Positions 50,032 through 59,690 of a stretch of DNA of 64,000 bases are shown one piece after another (the first letter of the stretch is position 1; every line of letters begins with the position of its first letter). This stretch comes from a virus. Its lineage: Duplodnaviria > Caudoviricetes. The notes below the pieces were generated by a model, which searched no databases, was not told the DNA's origin, and worked only from the letters and a program-made list of their open reading frames with translations. Both the position numbers and the translations under genes were made by a program. The DNA lies in IMG/VR virus record IMGVR_UViG_3300014205_000180, positions 64,001 to 128,000 of that record. The stretch is one strand, 5' to 3'.

Positions 50032-53000
50032 TTAAGCAGCATAATCTCCATTAGCTGATGTGGTTCCAAAACCACCACCCATAACCATTTCATTAAGTAT
50101 TTTCTTGAGAACCTCAACAGATTGATCAAGTTTAGGACCAACGCTATCATCAGAATTATCAGCAAGTAATGCCTTTATTTCTTTTAATTCTTTGATAATT
50201 TCTTTATTTGAATTATTAGATGCTTCTATTGTAAGAGCAAAACTCTTTTTAATTTCTTCTGAATGATTCGGTTGTTGCGGATCAACAGAATTAATAGCTT
50301 GCATATCTTGCATCGGTTTAGCTATTTTACTAATAGCTGATGCAACTCTTTCAGCCTTACCTTCAAATGAAGAGAACCAACCAGAACTATCATTAATGGC
50401 TTCAACAAATACTTTAAGTCCATCAGCGATAGAAACAAATGACTTACCAACTTGATCACCAACACCACCAAGTGCTGTTATTGGACCAAGTAATGTATTC
50501 ATTGCAACAGCCATTTTTTCAGCATTTGCCACAATACCACCAGTAAAGAATGACATTATTGCACCACCAGCTAAAGCGGCAGCAAATGCAGCAAGCCCAG
50601 CAGCCATTCCAATTAATGCTGGTCCAGCACTTAATGGAACACTAGAAAGAGCCTCAAATAATTTTGCTATTTGACTTGGATCTATTAAAGAAATTGCAGA
50701 TCCTAATGCAGCAACGCCAATTGCTAGCAATGCTCCAACAGCTGCTAAGCCAGCTGCGCCAATTAATGCAGGAACAATAAGTGGTGCCATTAAAGCTAGT
50801 ATACCCATTGTAACTAACAATCCTCCAACCATTATTCCAAGAACTCCTGTCTGTTCTAAAGTAATTCCTTCAGAAGCCATCCCTAATAATCCAACACCAA
50901 CAGCTAAAGAAGCTCCCACTAAGCCAACAAGGGCAGCGCCAATTAATGCTTTTGGACCTATTGATGTCATCTTTGATAATATCCATGAAGCAGCAACTAT
51001 TCCGCCAACAGTTATGGCCAATTGTGCAGCTTTATCTGGCGGTAACAAATTAGCCGCTAATCCAAGTGCAGCGACACCAACACTAAGAGAAACTCCGACT
51101 AAAGCAATAACACCAACAGTCTTTAATACTCCACCCATTTTAATTCTAGCCATTGTATCAAAAAACCCTTTCAATTCTAATGCAAACCCTCTTAAGCCAC
51201 CACTTTTTACACCACTTAATGATTTGCTATTTTCACCAGCTGCTTTTAGTGATTCTCCAGTTTTATCAACTACTTTGCTGCCAGATTTGAAATAATTGAC
51301 CATACTTTTAAAAGTACCAGTAATAGATGATAGACTATCTTTAAACATTGAAAGAGACTTTCCTACCGCAAAAACTGATACACCAAGTGCAGTCAATGAC
51401 CCGGCTGCTAAAATAACCCATGGCGCTATATCATTATCAAGTAATGCAGCTAAAATATTTATAACAGGTTGTAACCCACTAGCTATTTGTCCAAAAATAA
51501 CTCTCAATCTATCAAGAGCTTTAGTTAAATTATTATTTGCATCATTTTGAGCAATAGTAGCTTTAGCTTCAGCCTCTTTTCTACTAGTCATTTCTTTCGT
51601 GATTGCAACTCTTTTTGCATCTTCTGACAAATTACCATATTTCTTATCCATTTCCTCTCTCAAACCTTTACTAGCTGCAGCCATGGAATTAAGCTCAGCA
51701 ACTGGCTTACCAGTTAATTGCATAGACATCATATTTTGTAATGCTGGCGGCATCTTGCTTATTTGAGTAGCATATTTTTCTGCATTTTTACCAATTTCGG
51801 CCATTTGAGCACTTGGATCAGTGCTCATTAAAGTCTTACCTAATAATAATATATTATCCATTGGTTTAGCCATAGAATCGGCAAATGAATCCATAGCAGC
51901 GTTTGAATCATATCCGGCATCTTTGGCGGCCTTACCAAGTGATGATAACATTACAGTATATTGAGTTGTTAATGGTATTCCAGCCTTCAATAATTCAGCG
52001 TTTCCTTTATATGATGATCTTAATAAATTCATATTTTTATTGAGAATTTGTGCTACATGCGACACTTCGTTAACGCTCATGCCATATTTTTCAGTAATAT
52101 TAGTTAAAACTGAATTTAATTGAATTGAAGCTTTAAGTCCATCACGATGTTTTTCTTCAATATCAATAGCACTACTAGTAGCAATTCCTAAAGATCCAAC
52201 TCTTAACATTAATTCAGTAGTTTGATTAGATGCCATACCAGTTGATCTTGAAGTATGAGCTATTATCGATGCATATAATGACAATTCGCCAGCAGCATCT
52301 TTACTGCCTTTAGCAACAGACTTAAATGAAGATGCTAATACTGAACCAATAGCTTCATCAGCTTGATCAGCTGTGATAGTAACATTACCAAGTCCACTAT
52401 CTAATTTTTCAAATTCTTTGGAAAGACCGCCGCCAGCAGAAGCGATATTATTGCGCATATCTATCATTGACTGAGATAAAGTTTGTGTCTTTCCATTTGC
52501 ATTAACTAAAAAATTATTAGAAACTTGATTATTCTTCTTCCACATATTATGCATTTCAGACAATGAATCTTTTATTCCGCTTAATGGTCCTTTTAACGCT
52601 GATATTAATATACCAGCAGTAGGCAATAAAACCAAAAATCCAGTAAATACACTCGATATTTTATTCCAAATATCAATATGTTTAGTAGATTCAACATTTA
52701 TATCATTGATAGCCGCCCGCATCTTCTTTACTTCATCAACATTTTTCCCGAGCATTGTTAGATGTACACCGCCACGTTGTTCAGCAGTCTTTAAAGCAGA
52801 TATATATTTATCGAATTCTATTTTCTGAGATTTAGTAAGTTTCAATTCAGTAACTCTACCCTTTAATATATTATCTAATAGATCTTTATGATCTTTTTGG
52901 AACTTGTTTACATCCTTGTAATATTTAGTAAATTCAGTATTTTGTTCAAGTTGCTTTTTTAATGCCACATTATACATCGTCAATTCTTCACCTTGAAGCT

Positions 53001-53301
53001 TCGACACATTAACTAACGCTATTGCTTCATCAAGTATTCTTTTTCTATTAGCAATATCAGACATATTTTGAGCATCAATTGATAATCCAGCTTTATTAAT
53101 GTCTTTAATAGCATCAAGTAAATTATTAGCAATCGTATTTTGTTGTGGTTGAATTATGTTTACAGGATTATTACTAAAAAACTGACTAAATTGCTGAAGT
53201 TTATTAACTATCTTATCAACACTAGACTCAATAGCATTCAATGCAGTGATAGCCGCACCAGTTTGAAGATCAAGATTAATTTGAAGTAATAGTGCTGACA
53301 T
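50032..53301 (-). CDS. Tape measure protein
   Basis: 1089 aa, helical, with Ala/Gly-rich hydrophobic repeats; upstream of the baseplate genes. Confidence 0.85.
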   Translation of the reverse strand: MSALLLQINLDLQTGAAITALNAIESSVDKIVNKLQQFSQFFSNNPVNIIQPQQNTIANNLLDAIKDINKAGLSIDAQNMSDIANRKRILDEAIALVNVSKLQGEELTMYNVALKKQLEQNTEFTKYYKDVNKFQKDHKDLLDNILKGRVTELKLTKSQKIEFDKYISALKTAEQRGGVHLTMLGKNVDEVKKMRAAINDINVESTKHIDIWNKISSVFTGFLVLLPTAGILISALKGPLSGIKDSLSEMHNMWKKNNQVSNNFLVNANGKTQTLSQSMIDMRNNIASAGGGLSKEFEKLDSGLGNVTITADQADEAIGSVLASSFKSVAKGSKDAAGELSLYASIIAHTSRSTGMASNQTTELMLRVGSLGIATSSAIDIEEKHRDGLKASIQLNSVLTNITEKYGMSVNEVSHVAQILNKNMNLLRSSYKGNAELLKAGIPLTTQYTVMLSSLGKAAKDAGYDSNAAMDSFADSMAKPMDNILLLGKTLMSTDPSAQMAEIGKNAEKYATQISKMPPALQNMMSMQLTGKPVAELNSMAAASKGLREEMDKKYGNLSEDAKRVAITKEMTSRKEAEAKATIAQNDANNNLTKALDRLRVIFGQIASGLQPVINILAALLDNDIAPWVILAAGSLTALGVSVFAVGKSLSMFKDSLSSITGTFKSMVNYFKSGSKVVDKTGESLKAAGENSKSLSGVKSGGLRGFALELKGFFDTMARIKMGGVLKTVGVIALVGVSLSVGVAALGLAANLLPPDKAAQLAITVGGIVAASWILSKMTSIGPKALIGAALVGLVGASLAVGVGLLGMASEGITLEQTGVLGIMVGGLLVTMGILALMAPLIVPALIGAAGLAAVGALLAIGVAALGSAISLIDPSQIAKLFEALSSVPLSAGPALIGMAAGLAAFAAALAGGAIMSFFTGGIVANAEKMAVAMNTLLGPITALGGVGDQVGKSFVSIADGLKVFVEAINDSSGWFSSFEGKAERVASAISKIAKPMQDMQAINSVDPQQPNHSEEIKKSFALTIEASNNSNKEIIKELKEIKALLADNSDDSVGPKLDQSVEVLKKILNEMVMGGGFGTTSANGDYAA

Positions 53302-53355
53302 CTAATTTTATATTTAACCAAAACTATTTACTAGTATTAATAATTTACAAATTCT

Positions 53356-53368
53356 TGTTATAAAATAG
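53356..53368 (+). promoter_or_regulatory. Class I (putative early) motif TGTTATAAAATAG, representative copy
   Basis: Also at 17735, 55779, 59657, 61327, 61919 (all minus strand, each upstream of a gene start). Confidence 0.75.
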
Positions 53369-53380
53369 CAGGAGAAAGAT

Positions 53381-53917
53381 ATGAGTGATGACGAAAAAGA
53401 TAATGGAATGGGAACTTTTGCAATTTTTATTATATTTGGATTTATTTGTGGAATTTTGACCAATTTATTCATTATTTTACCAATTAAACATTATATTTGG
53501 ATCAAGTTACCACCAGATGAAAGAGGATCATGGTTAAAAACTATGACTCCATATGGTGAAGGAATTAGCATGCGTGGGATTTTGACATGTCTTTATTATG
53601 GACTTTTTTGGATCTTTTTTGCAATTATAGCTGCAAATATCGGAGAACGTGGATTTTATGATTTCGTTCACGCAACTGGTGTAATGATCATGTTTTCAGT
53701 ATTCATGCTGACATACTTAGGAACATCAATTTGGATAGCCCATCATGATATAACAAGCACAATTTATGACAATGGAAACAAAGATTGCAAAAGGCTTTTG
53801 GCGGAACGTATTGAAGATGAACGAATCAAAAAAACTACCCATACCAAGTGGGCAACTGAGGAAGACACTAAATTAGACTCTGATCTGGCTGAATTAAAAA
53901 CAAGAGGAACAATTTAA
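53381..53917 (+). CDS. Membrane protein (3 TM segments)
   Basis: Hydrophobic segments; GGAG SD; class I motif upstream. Confidence 0.8.
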   Translation: MSDDEKDNGMGTFAIFIIFGFICGILTNLFIILPIKHYIWIKLPPDERGSWLKTMTPYGEGISMRGILTCLYYGLFWIFFAIIAANIGERGFYDFVHATGVMIMFSVFMLTYLGTSIWIAHHDITSTIYDNGNKDCKRLLAERIEDERIKKTTHTKWATEEDTKLDSDLAELKTRGTI

Positions 53918-54270
53918 ATTATCTTAATACTTCTTCCATAAGCTACCATATCCTTATGCAATGAATTAGTTAAATCTAAGATATGTCTAGAAGTTTTTAG
54001 TGCATCAACAGAAAATAGATCGTCAGGATCTAGCTTAGCAATAGCTTTTTTAATTCTTCCGAATTCTTCAACCAAAGCTTTATACATTGCATTTAAATAT
54101 TCTTTAAAAATATCATCAGTTTTACATCTTTGTAATTTTTCAATAGTTGTTTGGTATATTGCTTCATCATAATCATTTTTAGCACTATCTCTTAACTTTA
54201 CATACTTTGCGATTAACGGGTCTAATTTACCCGTTATATCAACCGATTCGTTAATTAAACTTAATTTCAT
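53914..54270 (-). CDS. Hypothetical protein with MKLSLINE leader
   Basis: ATGA-coupled. Confidence 0.75.
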   Translation of the reverse strand: MKLSLINESVDITGKLDPLIAKYVKLRDSAKNDYDEAIYQTTIEKLQRCKTDDIFKEYLNAMYKALVEEFGRIKKAIAKLDPDDLFSVDALKTSRHILDLTNSLHKDMVAYGRSIKII

Positions 54271-55370
54271 TTTGTGAATGTAAAGTAAGTTACTAATCCG
54301 TCTTCTCTGCGTTCTGGTATACCAAATTTAGGAGATTTATTATATCCATGGTTTCTAGCTATCCGTATAGCTGCCTCCATGGCGTCCTTTAAAGCGCCAT
54401 CATCATAAAGAACACCTACTTGATAGTGCCTTCCTGGACTATTCACAACTACTCCAGTTTCTTCAGCAGATAATATTCTAACACTTTCGATAATTATCTT
54501 AGAACCAGCATTTATAACGAACATTCCATTACTTGATTCAATTACCAAATCCTTAACCAATTTAGCTTCATATACTTTCTTAATACTTGGATTTCTTACC
54601 GGATCATCGACCAATGAATTTTTATCAGATGTCGGGTAAGTAGTCTCCCGTGGCTCTTCTGAGGTCAAAATTTCAACAATATGTTCTCTAACATCATGAG
54701 GTAAATCTTTGAGGTCTTCTATGGCATCAATATAAAATGGCTGCCAAGCTCCATCATAAAAAGGTGTTGGCTTACCAGCCTTATCTTTAGACATTTTTAA
54801 AATATTCCATACATCACTATCGGTATAATTAGATGGGAGGGTTCCAAAACCTGCCCCCTCAATAAGTTCACTATCAATACCCAATCTTGCAGCTATGACT
54901 ATGGCTTTATCCCTGCCCATCGGTCCAAGATTAACTGCAAGTAATTTCAAAGCATCAATCACTGATTCATCGCGTATCGGCTTCTCTTTTGGTCCAGAGC
55001 CAATTTCTGAATCTTTAAACTGATCAGCAGGTATATGTCCTGGAATATCTACATCAGTTATTTCTGAAGTATCACTAAGATCAATTGTTTCTTTTGGCTT
55101 ATATTTTTCAGCCTCAGCCCTTAATAATTCAAGATATATATCTCCGGTAGTCTTCTTGCTTTTCTCTTGAGATTGTCCAAAAGATGGACGTAACCCACCA
55201 TGTCCTTGGTTTGACTGTTGCTCTTTGTTTTTCTTTGAAGCTAAATCAAACAATTCATTAAATTTACGATTATCCCATCCATTATCCTTTAGAACTTTCT
55301 CTAATTGAGCCACAGCCTCTCTGTTTACTTCAAACGAACTTTCGAATATGAGCAATAGTTTTCTAGCCAT
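54267..55370 (-). CDS. Hypothetical protein (possible internal head protein)
   Basis: CAAATTTA-N4-ATG; LLLIFES leader. Confidence 0.75.
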   Translation of the reverse strand: MARKLLLIFESSFEVNREAVAQLEKVLKDNGWDNRKFNELFDLASKKNKEQQSNQGHGGLRPSFGQSQEKSKKTTGDIYLELLRAEAEKYKPKETIDLSDTSEITDVDIPGHIPADQFKDSEIGSGPKEKPIRDESVIDALKLLAVNLGPMGRDKAIVIAARLGIDSELIEGAGFGTLPSNYTDSDVWNILKMSKDKAGKPTPFYDGAWQPFYIDAIEDLKDLPHDVREHIVEILTSEEPRETTYPTSDKNSLVDDPVRNPSIKKVYEAKLVKDLVIESSNGMFVINAGSKIIIESVRILSAEETGVVVNSPGRHYQVGVLYDDGALKDAMEAAIRIARNHGYNKSPKFGIPERREDGLVTYFTFTK

Positions 55371-55385
55371 ATTCTAAATTTGATA

Positions 55386-55766
55386 TCAACAACCATCAAA
55401 TAATTTCTTTGCCTCTATATACATATCATTAAGCTTTTTATTAGTCCAGCCATATTCTTTAAGCTTATCTTCAATAGCAAATCCGCCACCAGACAACAGT
55501 TTTACTTTGTTATTGTCTTCCTTTTCCAAATTAATTCCAGTAACTGTGTCATTGTTTGATTCTAGCCATGCAATGGTTTCTTCTGAAACATAAATTACCT
55601 TAAGTTCGCCATTAATCATGGCGAATAACGACTTGCTAACCAGAACAGCTTCAAACCCATTGCTGTATTTATCTGATTGGTCACAGACTGTTACTTCATA
55701 GCTATCATTATCGACCAGAATTTTAATCCCAGTCTCTGCCTCTTTGGCAAAGCAGATCATAGTCAT
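55386..55766 (-). CDS. Hypothetical protein
   Basis: Class I motif plus GGGG SD. Confidence 0.75.
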   Translation of the reverse strand: MTMICFAKEAETGIKILVDNDSYEVTVCDQSDKYSNGFEAVLVSKSLFAMINGELKVIYVSEETIAWLESNNDTVTGINLEKEDNNKVKLLSGGGFAIEDKLKEYGWTNKKLNDMYIEAKKLFDGC

Positions 55767-55792
55767 AATACACCCCTACTAATTTATAACAG

Positions 55793-56287
55793 TCAAGATG
55801 GTTCCATTAATATTCTAGCATCTGGTTTACAGCTATGAGTCCAACATTTATTAACATCATCATATCTAAATGAATAATCCTTTTCTCGCATCACTACATC
55901 ACAATGAGGACAAGCTAGATCGAAATGATTAAGAGGTATTTTCTTAAAATATGGAATACCAGCTTCTGGTTTTTTGGCCAATAAAATGGCTGCGATATCT
56001 GAGATATGACTTTCTGCTAACATATTCTTTTTAGCTTCACGTATTACCATATATCCATGATCGGCTAAATAATCTATAACTTCATCTGATTGACCAGATA
56101 ATGCAGCCAAAATTGAGTCTTCTTCAGAAAGACATAATTTATATCCATTTTTTGAACAATATTCTTTAACTATTTTAAGCTTAATATCTTTAATATCTGA
56201 GGTAACTTGATATTTAGATTCGCATATCTGATTTATTTTAGATATTGAATTTAAGGCAAGAAGTTGTTTTAATGTGAGAAGGTCCAT
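55793..56287 (-). CDS. Hypothetical protein with C-terminal zinc motif
   Basis: CPHC...CWTHSC. Confidence 0.75.
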   Translation of the reverse strand: MDLLTLKQLLALNSISKINQICESKYQVTSDIKDIKLKIVKEYCSKNGYKLCLSEEDSILAALSGQSDEVIDYLADHGYMVIREAKKNMLAESHISDIAAILLAKKPEAGIPYFKKIPLNHFDLACPHCDVVMREKDYSFRYDDVNKCWTHSCKPDARILMEPS

Positions 56288-56341
56288 ATTCTATATTTAC
56301 ACCAAAATCTGGTGTATCACAATCTAAGGTATTTAAATAAC

Positions 56342-56995
56342 ATGCTAGGCCACGACATCTTCAAGTTCCAAAAAACAAACTTCAAAGAAGAAATATCAAT
56401 TAAAGATGAAATTCCTAACGATCTTTTATTATATGAGCATCTTGATTATTTTGACCGTGATGGTTATGAGCTTACGGTTCTTGAACGCTCTATACACAAT
56501 CATTTTGAAATTCCGCTTGGTTATTGTCTCAATCACATCAGCGTATGCGAAAGATGGGTACACCAAACAAATAAATGTTCAATAGTCCTCGATCATAGTT
56601 TACTATCACATCGTTATTCATATGAAGGAAAAGCCAGGACACAAATAGAAGGTTTATGTAAGAAACGGCCAGAATTAAGAAAGTTATTAGCAATTAAACC
56701 AAAATGGGGAATAGATTTCTCAGTTGATTTCATAGATGAAAATAATTGTTTTGAATTAGTTCACATAGAACATGATGCTTATAAATATGAAGAAATTCAC
56801 GCAGCGGCTGGAAAATTATCATCTTTAATAATGAATACAGATTTTAAACAGTTAGCCTTAAAAATGATAGATGAACAGGAAAAATGGTCCAAATTGAATT
56901 CTGATGACCAAAGCGACTATAAAGCTAAAGCTTTTGGCTTCAAGAGAGCTTTCAACACTCAAAAAGCAATATCTGGAAGATTAGTCTCTCAATAA
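56342..56995 (+). CDS. Hypothetical protein
   Basis: FDRDGYELTxLE and PKWGIDFSVD blocks; probable start ATG 56342. Confidence 0.75.
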   Translation: MLGHDIFKFQKTNFKEEISIKDEIPNDLLLYEHLDYFDRDGYELTVLERSIHNHFEIPLGYCLNHISVCERWVHQTNKCSIVLDHSLLSHRYSYEGKARTQIEGLCKKRPELRKLLAIKPKWGIDFSVDFIDENNCFELVHIEHDAYKYEEIHAAAGKLSSLIMNTDFKQLALKMIDEQEKWSKLNSDDQSDYKAKAFGFKRAFNTQKAISGRLVSQ

Positions 56996-57004
56996 ATATA
57001 AGTG

Positions 57005-57721
57005 ATGAATGTTACTAAAAAATTATTATTAAGATATAAGTCATTAGGGTTAAAAGTAAACGAAAGAGAAGCTTGCGATTTTACAATTTATGATTTTGCG
57101 GCATATGGATTAGGCGATCAATGCAGACTAGTTAATTATTTGTTGATGAACAATTATAAAAATATCAAACTACAAGTAAGAAGGCCAAAATTAGTAAACG
57201 AAATGTTGTCTCTATTTGATTCTTATCCAAATAATATAATTGCGCCACTAAATTTTAAAGAGCATGGCAAACGAATAGATTTAAAACATTATCACTTAGG
57301 AAAATATTTAAAATTCAAAAAACATTGGACTCCAAATAATAGTAAAATGATATTGACGCAGCTTAAAGGCTCCCATGCAAGATCGTGGATGAAAAACACG
57401 CCAGAAGAAGGAATTAACAAACTAAAGTTATTCATGAATAATCTTGGATTTAGAATAGAAGAAATTAATCATGATAACAAATTACCATTACAATATACTG
57501 TTGATATAATGAATAATTCAAGATTATTTATAGGAATTGAAAGTGGATGGTCACACATAGCTCATAGTAGCGGTATTCCATGTATAATTATTAAAAACAA
57601 TCAAATTGGGAAATTTATATATAATTATCACGTTGGTAACGAATACACAGTTTACAATAATGTAAATGAATTAATATCAAAATTCGATATTACTTTAAAA
57701 AGTTATAAGGATAATTTATAA
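57005..57721 (+). CDS. GT9-like glycosyltransferase
   Basis: GLGD; LFIGIESGWSHIAHSSGIPCI; TAAATATA-N4-ATG start. Confidence 0.75.
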   Translation: MNVTKKLLLRYKSLGLKVNEREACDFTIYDFAAYGLGDQCRLVNYLLMNNYKNIKLQVRRPKLVNEMLSLFDSYPNNIIAPLNFKEHGKRIDLKHYHLGKYLKFKKHWTPNNSKMILTQLKGSHARSWMKNTPEEGINKLKLFMNNLGFRIEEINHDNKLPLQYTVDIMNNSRLFIGIESGWSHIAHSSGIPCIIIKNNQIGKFIYNYHVGNEYTVYNNVNELISKFDITLKSYKDNL

Positions 57722-58383
57722 TGGATATTGCTTTAAAATATTTAAATTCGATTAATAAGAAAATTAATAAAAATGAAAGAAACATAGACAAATTCAAAAT
57801 ATTCAATGACGCATTTTTGATAAATCTAGATAATAGAATTGATAGATTAAAACATTCAATCATGCAGACAAGTAAAGTCGATATAAAATTTAATAGGTTT
57901 AAAGCTTTATCTTTCACTGATAAAGGAAAATATTGGTCAACTGGCGTACGTGGATGTGCAGAATCACATATTAAAATAATGAAAGAAAATATTGATAATA
58001 AATTTCCAATTTTAATAATGGAAGACGATTTAGTATTTACAAATAATTTTAATAAATTCATCGAATTCATTAAAATATTGCCGCCAAAATGGGATTTATT
58101 ATTTTTTCATAATAATTCTGGTAATAGTCTCAAAATAGAATGGCATGACAAGCCAGTGCTTGATACTCAATTTTATATAGCCAACAACCAATCATTACAG
58201 AAGATAATTGAACTATCGAACAAAAATTGTGATCCAATAGACAGATTTTTTGTTCGTAGTAATCAAATAAAGAAATACTGTACATCAATTAATTTAGTAA
58301 TACAATCAACAAATTTAGGAACTAATATAAAAGAAAATGAAAGATACTTAGCACGTAGATCAAAAAGAAACAGAGGTTTATGA
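57721..58383 (+). CDS. GT25-like glycosyltransferase
   Basis: INLDNRIDR, GCAESH, ILIMEDD, WDLLFF. Confidence 0.85.
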   Translation: MDIALKYLNSINKKINKNERNIDKFKIFNDAFLINLDNRIDRLKHSIMQTSKVDIKFNRFKALSFTDKGKYWSTGVRGCAESHIKIMKENIDNKFPILIMEDDLVFTNNFNKFIEFIKILPPKWDLLFFHNNSGNSLKIEWHDKPVLDTQFYIANNQSLQKIIELSNKNCDPIDRFFVRSNQIKKYCTSINLVIQSTNLGTNIKENERYLARRSKRNRGL

Positions 58384-59135
58384 AAATAACTATAAATTAT
58401 TTAAAAAAAATAAACCGCATCATTTCGAATGATAATAATGGTAACATCATAAAAACTAATGTATTGATTTTCATAGTAGCATTTGGACCTGAATATCAAA
58501 AACAAGCGTTAATGCTTATCAAATCTTTAAAAATCCATGGCTTGTTTAATGGTGAAATAATATGCTTAATTGATAAATGTCATATTGATTTAAATGTTAA
58601 AACAATAAAAGTAAATGGTATAGAACCAATGAAATTAAGAATGTATGCAGATTATTTTATTGATTTTTGTAAATATGATAAAATAATTTATCTTGATGCC
58701 GACATAATATGTGTCAATAGATTAGATAAATTATTAATTAGTGACAAATTGTTATATACAGAAGAGCAGTGGAATAATGAAGGCAACTTAACTTTTTTTA
58801 ATGACAATGAAAAACATTTATTCAGAAATGGCAATGGAATTAATTCTGGAATATTTTGTATAAATAGTAATATGATAATAAAATTATTAAAATTATGGAG
58901 AGAAATACATGATCAACTGAAATTTAAAAAATTAAGCCGTTTTTTAAAATATTTTTCGGACCAAGCTGCGTTTAATTACATAATAAGAAAACAATTAATA
59001 GAAAACGAAGCACTAAATTTTGGGATAATCGATTTTCCACACAATAAAATAAAAAACAAAGATAGAATATTAATTCACTATACTTCAAATAAAAAATTGA
59101 TGGAAGATGATTATAAACGTTATAACCTTATTTGA
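58380..59135 (+). CDS. GT8-like glycosyltransferase
   Basis: KIIYLDAD, INSG, DQAAFN, IHY. Confidence 0.85.
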   Translation: MKITINYLKKINRIISNDNNGNIIKTNVLIFIVAFGPEYQKQALMLIKSLKIHGLFNGEIICLIDKCHIDLNVKTIKVNGIEPMKLRMYADYFIDFCKYDKIIYLDADIICVNRLDKLLISDKLLYTEEQWNNEGNLTFFNDNEKHLFRNGNGINSGIFCINSNMIIKLLKLWREIHDQLKFKKLSRFLKYFSDQAAFNYIIRKQLIENEALNFGIIDFPHNKIKNKDRILIHYTSNKKLMEDDYKRYNLI

Positions 59136-59643
59136 ATTCAATAATATCATCTTGACCAAACTTCTTTTCAACAACTCTATTATTGATTTTATATTTCACA
59201 AAAAAGAATTTTGGTACAGTTGGCGTGCTAATTGATGGATGGCCGATAACCTTCCATGCTTCATCTTTGTCAATATATGGCTTAGTCCCATTTTCAGTCT
59301 TTTCTAAGATATACTTTATTGCGTCAATTCCATTCTTACCGTTTGGAACATCATATATAGCTGAAATAATTTCAACTCCACCAAGCAAATTCGGAGTAAG
59401 CTCTTCAATACGCTTCTTGATCGCAAGAGCGCCCTCAAGATTACCAGCCTTGGTTTCGGCATCCTGGGACTTCTTGAGTGCCACGACGAGTACCTTCTTG
59501 GCCGCTTCGTCACGCTTGTCATATTCTGCCTTGGCCTTGGCCATTTCGGCATCATACGCCTTTACAGCATTAGCGGTCGAAGCCGGAAGGGCTTCGCCAG
59601 CGAAGCAGATGGCAGAGATTGCGAGGATTAGAGCGATCTTCAT
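59128..59643 (-). CDS. Secreted protein (signal peptide plus helical domain), GC-mosaic gene
   Basis: MKIALILAISAICFA signal; KKSQDAETKAGNLEGALAIKKRIEEL. Confidence 0.8.
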   Translation of the reverse strand: MKIALILAISAICFAGEALPASTANAVKAYDAEMAKAKAEYDKRDEAAKKVLVVALKKSQDAETKAGNLEGALAIKKRIEELTPNLLGGVEIISAIYDVPNGKNGIDAIKYILEKTENGTKPYIDKDEAWKVIGHPSISTPTVPKFFFVKYKINNRVVEKKFGQDDIIEFK

Positions 59644-59690
59644 GATTATTTCCCTACTATTTTGTAACAATTCAAACCAATCTATTAATA

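Noticed and set aside
47369-53301. Bacterial tailocin, eCIS or prophage within a chromosome
   Set aside because: The whole window has phage-like packing, shared phage-type upstream motifs and no bacterial housekeeping operons or integrase. A large lytic phage is the simpler reading.
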